Assembly (NCBI GenBank): GCA_050230475.1
Contig: JBFLGF010000227.1
Location: 1-55,871, forward strand
From: Ancylonema sp.
Taxonomy: Eukaryota
DNA: 55,871 nt
Direction: 5' to 3'
The position numbers and the translations under genes are program-made. A model generated the notes under the pieces. That model searched no databases and had not been told where the DNA came from. It saw only the letters and a list, made by a program, of their open reading frames with translations. This document shows, piece after piece, positions 50,126 through 55,871 of this stretch; the first letter of the stretch is position 1; the number at the start of each line of letters is the position of its first letter.

Positions 50126-50932
50126 CTATCGACGATTAGGTGGCTTGAGATGGTTGACGGGTCCTGGGCGTTCAAGCCTGTTGTTGTAGAGTGCTGGATG
50201 ACGCGCAACAAGCAGAGAAACGACGAAAGTGACAATGTTCTCATCCACCGCTCGTGCTACAGCCGGATGTCGTGCACAATCTGTAAGATGCTCAGACACT
50301 GTCTCTCCCAATAGTAGTTGTTTGGCTTTCTCCTTGACCCAGACTGATGGCACTTCCCACCGTTGGCTGGTTCCATTGAGTACCATACCCGTTCTAGGAT
50401 GTCCAGACTTGAACTTGTACTCTGGGGTGTTTGTGTAAGTTGTAAAAGGGGGAATGGTTCGTCGTGGCTCATGAGGAGTATTGACTGTCATGGGAAACGT
50501 GTCTGCTCGGTACACGGTGGTAGGGTTGTATCGCGGTTCCAAGATGGTTGCAAGGGGCCTCGTCGTTGATTTTGTTGGCAAACATATGTGCATCACCTTT
50601 GGGATCATGAAGTTCGTCCAGACGTGGATCGGGCCATGCACGTTGTTGGAGAACTGGGCGCCATCGAGGATGAGAGAGGGCCCGAGGAATGCGTGGACAA
50701 ATGGCAGCATTTCACGAATCCACTCAGGGGTGTGCTCCGTGATGGCCTGAGTCCAGAAAATGTAAAGGGGATGGTATCGTTGAATCCCTGGCAACTCCTG
50801 GAGTAAATGGACCATGGTAATGAAGGGCAGCACTCGATGATCGAAAATACCACGGCAAGGGGAATGAGTCTGCTCCATCTCCTGGTTCCAGTTTCCCACG
50901 ACCAGATCGATGCTGCCGTGGGCGAGCACCAT
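50126..50932 (-). CDS. Retroelement-associated C5-cytosine methyltransferase-like ORF (DNMT3/DRM-like), 5'-truncated, catalytic motifs substituted
   Basis: 268-codon open frame with collinear motifs IDLVVG, RGIFDHR..F, PLYIF, LILDGAQF..H....WTN, KEKA..L..G.T, R..AVARAVD. Recognised from memory of the family, not from a search. Confidence 0.7.
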   Translation of the reverse strand: MVLAHGSIDLVVGNWNQEMEQTHSPCRGIFDHRVLPFITMVHLLQELPGIQRYHPLYIFWTQAITEHTPEWIREMLPFVHAFLGPSLILDGAQFSNNVHGPIHVWTNFMIPKVMHICLPTKSTTRPLATILEPRYNPTTVYRADTFPMTVNTPHEPRRTIPPFTTYTNTPEYKFKSGHPRTGMVLNGTSQRWEVPSVWVKEKAKQLLLGETVSEHLTDCARHPAVARAVDENIVTFVVSLLVARHPALYNNRLERPGPVNHLKPPNRR

Positions 50933-50937
50933 TTTTT

Positions 50938-51158
50938 TCGCAACTATTTATTGAAGACTGCTAGATTCTAGACTTCGGACAATAAGCCACGCGTTATTTT
51001 CAAGTCGTACAAATTTCGTACTTCACTATTTTTCTTGTAAAGTACTAATTCTTTAAAGTCGTTATATCGAATACTCTCGTTATATCAGAGTAATAATCTA
51101 GAGGGGTTTCTGATCAATCTAGAGGGGTTTCGCCTTAGCGATCTCTAGTGTCATGACA
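50938..51158 (-). mobile_element. 5' fragment of the A module abutting the DNMT-like ORF
   Basis: Closely matches 20197-20417; starts TGTCATGACACTAGAGATCG on the minus strand. Confidence 0.8.
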
Positions 51159-51975
51159 TGTATGCACCCGTAAATGAATTCGTGAATCGTTCATTCACCG
51201 TGACGCTTGATTTATCGTGACCATTATCTTGTGCGTATTTTGAAGCAACCAATCATCCAATCATTATGAAACCCTTGTATAAATTCTATAGCTATTTGCC
51301 CTGAATCCCATCACCAGTAGTTGTCGCGTGTTGTGAAATGCTGTGATCTACGATTCTTGATTGACCCTAGTATTTTTTCCTAAGACCTCCGAGTACTTTG
51401 CGTTGAGTGCATCTCAACTTTTGGCGGGTAGTAGTTACGGCAAACTTCGTTGATAAGTCACATACATCGCTTGAATTACATTCTTGTGTTGTCAGTAGGG
51501 ACTCAACCTACACCAACTACTCTAAACTTACTAGCGGAAGAGCTTCTCTTGTCCTTGTCTTCATTTTTGTCCTTCTTTGTATCCTCGATGCGATAAGGAA
51601 GACGGCTGTCAAAACCTGATATTGCCGAATGTGTAAGTTGTTCTGGGAATTGCAGCGACATGTTGGTGCGTGCTATCGTCCGGAAAATGTTGGATGAGTC
51701 TTGAGAGGTGATTGTGGCGACGATGAAGCCGGCTTCACAGGCGATCTTCGTTCCCGGGTTGTCTGGTCCACCTGCTGGCTCCCAGATGTGAATACCACGC
51801 TCAACTTTGTGTTTGGGGAATTTAAAAATTTCGTATTCATGGGTTTCATGCCAAAAATGTTTGGGTTGCCTGACCACTTTGGCACGATGTCTGATTGCCG
51901 TGGCTCCTCGAGTCGAGAGTTGCCTTCTTCCATTCTTTTCCGCCCCAATTCGTAGATCTTGTCGTTGAGGACCCA

Positions 51976-52182
51976 TGACGTGCTGTTCGGAGTCGGTCGC
52001 CTAAAATGATATTCCTCATACTTTGTCACCTTTGTTCCCGGATGTTTCTCAAAATGATGCATGTGGTAAAGCTCGCGGTGGAGTAGCGATGATGTCGATT
52101 GGGTTGGTACCTATGATGTTTGTATGTGATCGAAGGGTCTCAGGTGGACTTGGTGGTCCGGCTGCTCTCACCCCGCCCCCCC
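51976..52182 (-). mobile_element. G-tract followed by a B module (3' end of another element copy)
   Basis: Minus strand reads G-tract, GTGAGAGCAGCCGG ... CAGCACGTCA; aligns with 19087-19267 and, at its ends, with 16278-16469. Confidence 0.75.
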
Positions 52183-52872
52183 AGTTGTGGAACGCTTGTG
52201 AAGGATCTGGGAAACAGCAGCAGACGAGTTTGTATAAAAACATGACAAAAGTATGTCGTGGTTGAGTGGCACAACAGGAAGGTGAAGGTAAGACATGATC
52301 ACCAGGAGTAGGTAATCTTGTGCTTAAAATGCTATTTTTGGTGGTGTTTCCTCGTGTGGTAAGAGGCAACATGAGATGTGGAATGAGATTGTCATCTTGG
52401 TTTGTTTGATGTCCAAGTGATGTGTGGTAGGTCTGGGATGGTTGGAGGCTGATTCCGAGTGTTACTCCGTTGACCAGGTAAGGACCGGAGACCTGAATGT
52501 TGGTTTGGTTGGTTTGGTTGAATTTGATGACCGTGGTCGTGAACCAGGTTTCGATACCATGTTAGGTCCTAAAGTGGTGTGCTGACTTTTGGTTGTATTG
52601 GGTGGTCCCGGAGTGTGGTTTTGACTGTTGGCTTTGGAATTTGATTTGTTCCGTCCGTGTGGTTTGACAGGATTGGTTGAAAATTGTTGACCAGAGGATC
52701 TAGTGTCCCTCCCCCCCAGAGTTGAGGTTGAAATACCTTTGTTCCGAGGTGAGGGGTGATCCCTATGGTTTGGTGCACTGGAGGATTTCCGCCAGGAACA
52801 TGATGAGTCTTGTCCGTCCATCATGTGGCCCACTAGGTGGCGCGCATGGCGTCGGTGATGCGACCATGAGCT

Positions 52873-53712
52873 GTGTATGCCCACAGGTCGTCCCAGGGCT
52901 TGCTCGATCTCGAATGGCGAAGGTGGCACGTACTGCTCACAACCACGGAACGAGCAGACTTAGAGGTTACTCTACCTCAATTGCAGATCACCAAGGAAAT
53001 TGATTGGGTCAATGACTTTCCCAATACACCACCCGGAAAAATTGCTCGTGGCAGACCTGCACGTGAATTCCGCAAAGGAGTGGATGAGAAACCACTACCA
53101 GATGACGAGTACTAGGCTGGCGTTCGCGACACCATGACACAATACATCAAAAAATTTGTATGGCGGACCCATGTGGCAACAACACTCTTACGCATACCAC
53201 AGCTGGATATTGCAAACATGAATATTGCGCGCAGTAGTCACTACCAACAAGTTTTTGAGACACTCAAAGGTCTCTACGAGGAATTCTCTGGATCCTCACC
53301 ACGTGTCTTACCCGTACAACCATCAAGAAGCAGGGAGATTGAAGACAGTAAAGCCACTGTAGATTCCACACAGGTGGACTCCGCAGAGAAAGCAGCGGAT
53401 CCACCAAACGAATCCAACACTCCTACACCCGACCAAGCTGTGGCAATAGACCAGGATGATCAACTATCAAACCAACCAGATCCACCAGTACAACCTTCCC
53501 TGGATCCCACAACAACATTACTGCAAGCTACCATCATCACCCTCCAGAAAAACAAGGAAGAATCAGATAAAGCATACGCAGACCTTTTCAAACAACACCA
53601 CCAACTACGTGACAATATGATCAAGCAACATGCGGTCGAAGTAGCATAAATTCGACAATCCATCAACCAAGAGGTGGAGCTACGTATCGCACCTCAAATT
53701 TTGCAACGAAAG
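52873..53712 (+). pseudogene. Decayed ORF of unknown function with a coiled-coil-like C-terminus
   Basis: One frame runs ~280 codons, interrupted only by TAG (53113) and TAA (53647), and ends at an assembly gap. Confidence 0.5.
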
Positions 53713-53715
53713 GCA

Positions 53716-53716
53716 N

Positions 53717-53770
<54 letters not shown>
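53716..53770. other. Assembly gap (N) with adjacent poly-C
   Basis: Single n at 53716 followed by a ~53 nt C run. Confidence 0.85.
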
Positions 53771-53772
<2 letters not shown>

Positions 53773-53794
53773 CACACACGGTGTGGGCGTTGTA

Positions 53795-54880
53795 CAGTTA
53801 ACCCTTGATATAGTGACACTCGATATAGTGACAATCACGATAGAGTGACATTTGTTTTGCCCTTTTTCCGATCATATATAAAAACCCACTCCATACAGTG
53901 ACAATCGCTATAGTGACACACGTTAAAGTGACCGAAAATTCCCATATTCTAGTATTGAGATGTCACTATAGAGTGAAACCTCTCAATGTTAAAGTTATGC
54001 AAATTAATAAGCGCTCCAATCTAATAAAAAATATTCTTTTCGGGATCATGTTTATTCCGAAAATGTGACGTGTATATCAATAACCCGTCTAAATTAATAG
54101 TTCATACCGGTCCGCCACTATGTACGCCACTATGGGTGCAATTGTATATCAAAAATTGTCATTGCTTTTTTTATCTTATGTTCGGCGCCTCCGATCCGGA
54201 TCGGAGCCGGATCGAATCCGGATCGGGTCCGACTCAAAATAGTACGGGATTGCAAATTCCCCGATCGGATCGAGACCAACTATGTAAGGGACACTGTTAA
54301 CGAGCTTCATATCAATGATTATTTTACTCAATGTCTCTACATAAATAGTAGTTTGCAAGGCGGCCTTGTTGTCCACAATTAGTTCCAAACTTTTTTACCA
54401 TACAATAAACCCTTGACATAGTGAAAATTTTATAGACAGTGGAAAATAATGTCATTATATCGAATGCGAGGGGTGTCACTATACACTAAATAATGACATT
54501 TGATAGTACGACATTGAGCCAATGTCACTATATCGAAGAAAGGTTAATTTTAGGTTATTTTGAGCAACCATAATGGGTGCGCAAGGGTTGTTTTTTAAGA
54601 AGGTAGGTCATCTACATGGCGTTTGTTATGATATCCACTCGCTACAATAAAATATATTTGAAGTAATAATGCCACGACAGGGATAAAAAAGTAATTCAGA
54701 CAGGTTAATGATTCATTATAAAATCGTTTTATATTAGATTTGGGAGGTTATTAATTTTCACAACGTTAATTAAGACAAGTTTCACTCTTTTGTGTCATCT
54801 CAATAGTAAAATTTGGGAAAATTTGGTCACTGTAACGTGTGTCACTATAGCGAGTGTCACTATATCGAGTGGGTTTTTAT
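53795..54880. mobile_element. Tc1/mariner (pogo-like) non-autonomous element with a nested hAT terminus at 54185-54284
   Basis: TA|CAGTTAACCCTTGATATAGTGAC start; repeated gatatagtgac motifs are mirrored by gtcactatatcg; the right end is incomplete. Confidence 0.6.
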
Positions 54881-54914
54881 TTAGGATTAGAAATACCGTA
54901 CCAGCCAGAGATAA

Positions 54915-55871
54915 CGCGCCAAAAAATAATTACCATTTTGCCTGGCGCACCCGTTTTTGGCGCGTACTTAATGAATTATTTTTACCACGCTGGCGCACCC
55001 TTTTAGCGCAAATAAATAATTAAAATCGACGAAAATTTGACGCAACAATATAATTTAGCGAATATTCTGATCTCCCATCGGAAATTAAATTTCAATAATT
55101 TGTATGTCGAGAGGTGCTTGTAACGAAGAATAGCTCCACGCCCCCCGATTTCGAGCTGCGGAACCCCGGGCTCGTGTACGGAAAACGGTCTTTGGCCCGG
55201 TTTGGAAGGTCGCTGGGATCGAGGAGCCCAGAACCCAAGGGTTGAATGGTCCCGCATGTCCCTATATAAGAATCATAGCTTATGGGACTGAGGATTCGTC
55301 GACTTTGGTTGGGGAGACCCCCTAAATTAATCGAATCCTCAGAAAAACCACTTTGGGGATTTTGTGTGAGGATTTGTAAGCCAATCACAGCACAGTCGAT
55401 CAGTCGGAAAAGGATGCTGTCCGTACGTCTAATTTCAGTCGCAACCACTAGGAGACGGTTATTCCCGCAAAATACGTACAGAATCTAGGGACCTTATTTA
55501 CGTCGCGTGGGATGCGGTACTCTGGTCCCAAAAGTTAATCCTAACCGCCGATGGATTGTATGGTAATGTTTGTTCGAGATACGATGCATCGTCGTGTGCC
55601 ACCGTGGCACTGAATTCGAGATCGGCGGAGCTACCATAAGCAGTACCGTACAAATTCAATTGTTTCAGGTTGGGGATTTCAAAAAAGCCGTACAATATTT
55701 GTACATTTCTCCCCCACCAAACTCGGCGAATCCTCCGTCCCATAAGCTATGCTCTAACGGCTCAAGTTGGATTGGATCATATAAAGTAATAAGGAAAACA
55801 CCTGGCGCAGCTATTTTTTGGATCATTTTTATGAATTAAAATTTGCCTGGCGCACACTCTTGGCGCGTACT
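54915..55871. repeat. Unclassified repeat with direct and inverted blocks
   Basis: tttgcctggcgcac..tggcgcgtact at 54938-54968 and 55842-55871; inverted block at 55274-55315/55707-55751. Confidence 0.55.

Noticed and set aside
53718..53770. Biological poly-C tract
   Set aside because: Adjacent to an N gap; likely an assembly artefact.

Overview
Eukaryotic, intron-rich nuclear DNA of a green plant; the protein sequences and intron style suggest a streptophyte alga, but this is inference. Six multi-exon housekeeping genes can be spliced by eye: TMN1/TM9SF (+), NOC4 (-), DapB (+), CSL4 (-, with a U12-like intron), PFK5-type phosphofructokinase (+) and a MOSC/mARC-like protein (-). They lie among decayed transposons: a Copia LTR element, an intron-containing hAT transposase pseudogene, hAT and Tc1/mariner-like MITEs, and gag and protease remnants. 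The most notable signal is a repeat family built from two modules, A (~0.9-1.2 kb) and B (~145-195 bp). It occurs as solo A-B units and once as B-A-B, which is the split-direct-repeat layout of PAT/Ngaro/TOC1-type retroelements. The B-A-B sits just downstream of an uninterrupted 268-codon ORF that resembles a DNMT3/DRM-like cytosine methyltransferase with its catalytic motifs replaced. The A module carries arrays of bulged hairpins with covarying stems. All homology calls come from recognising motifs by eye; no searches were run.
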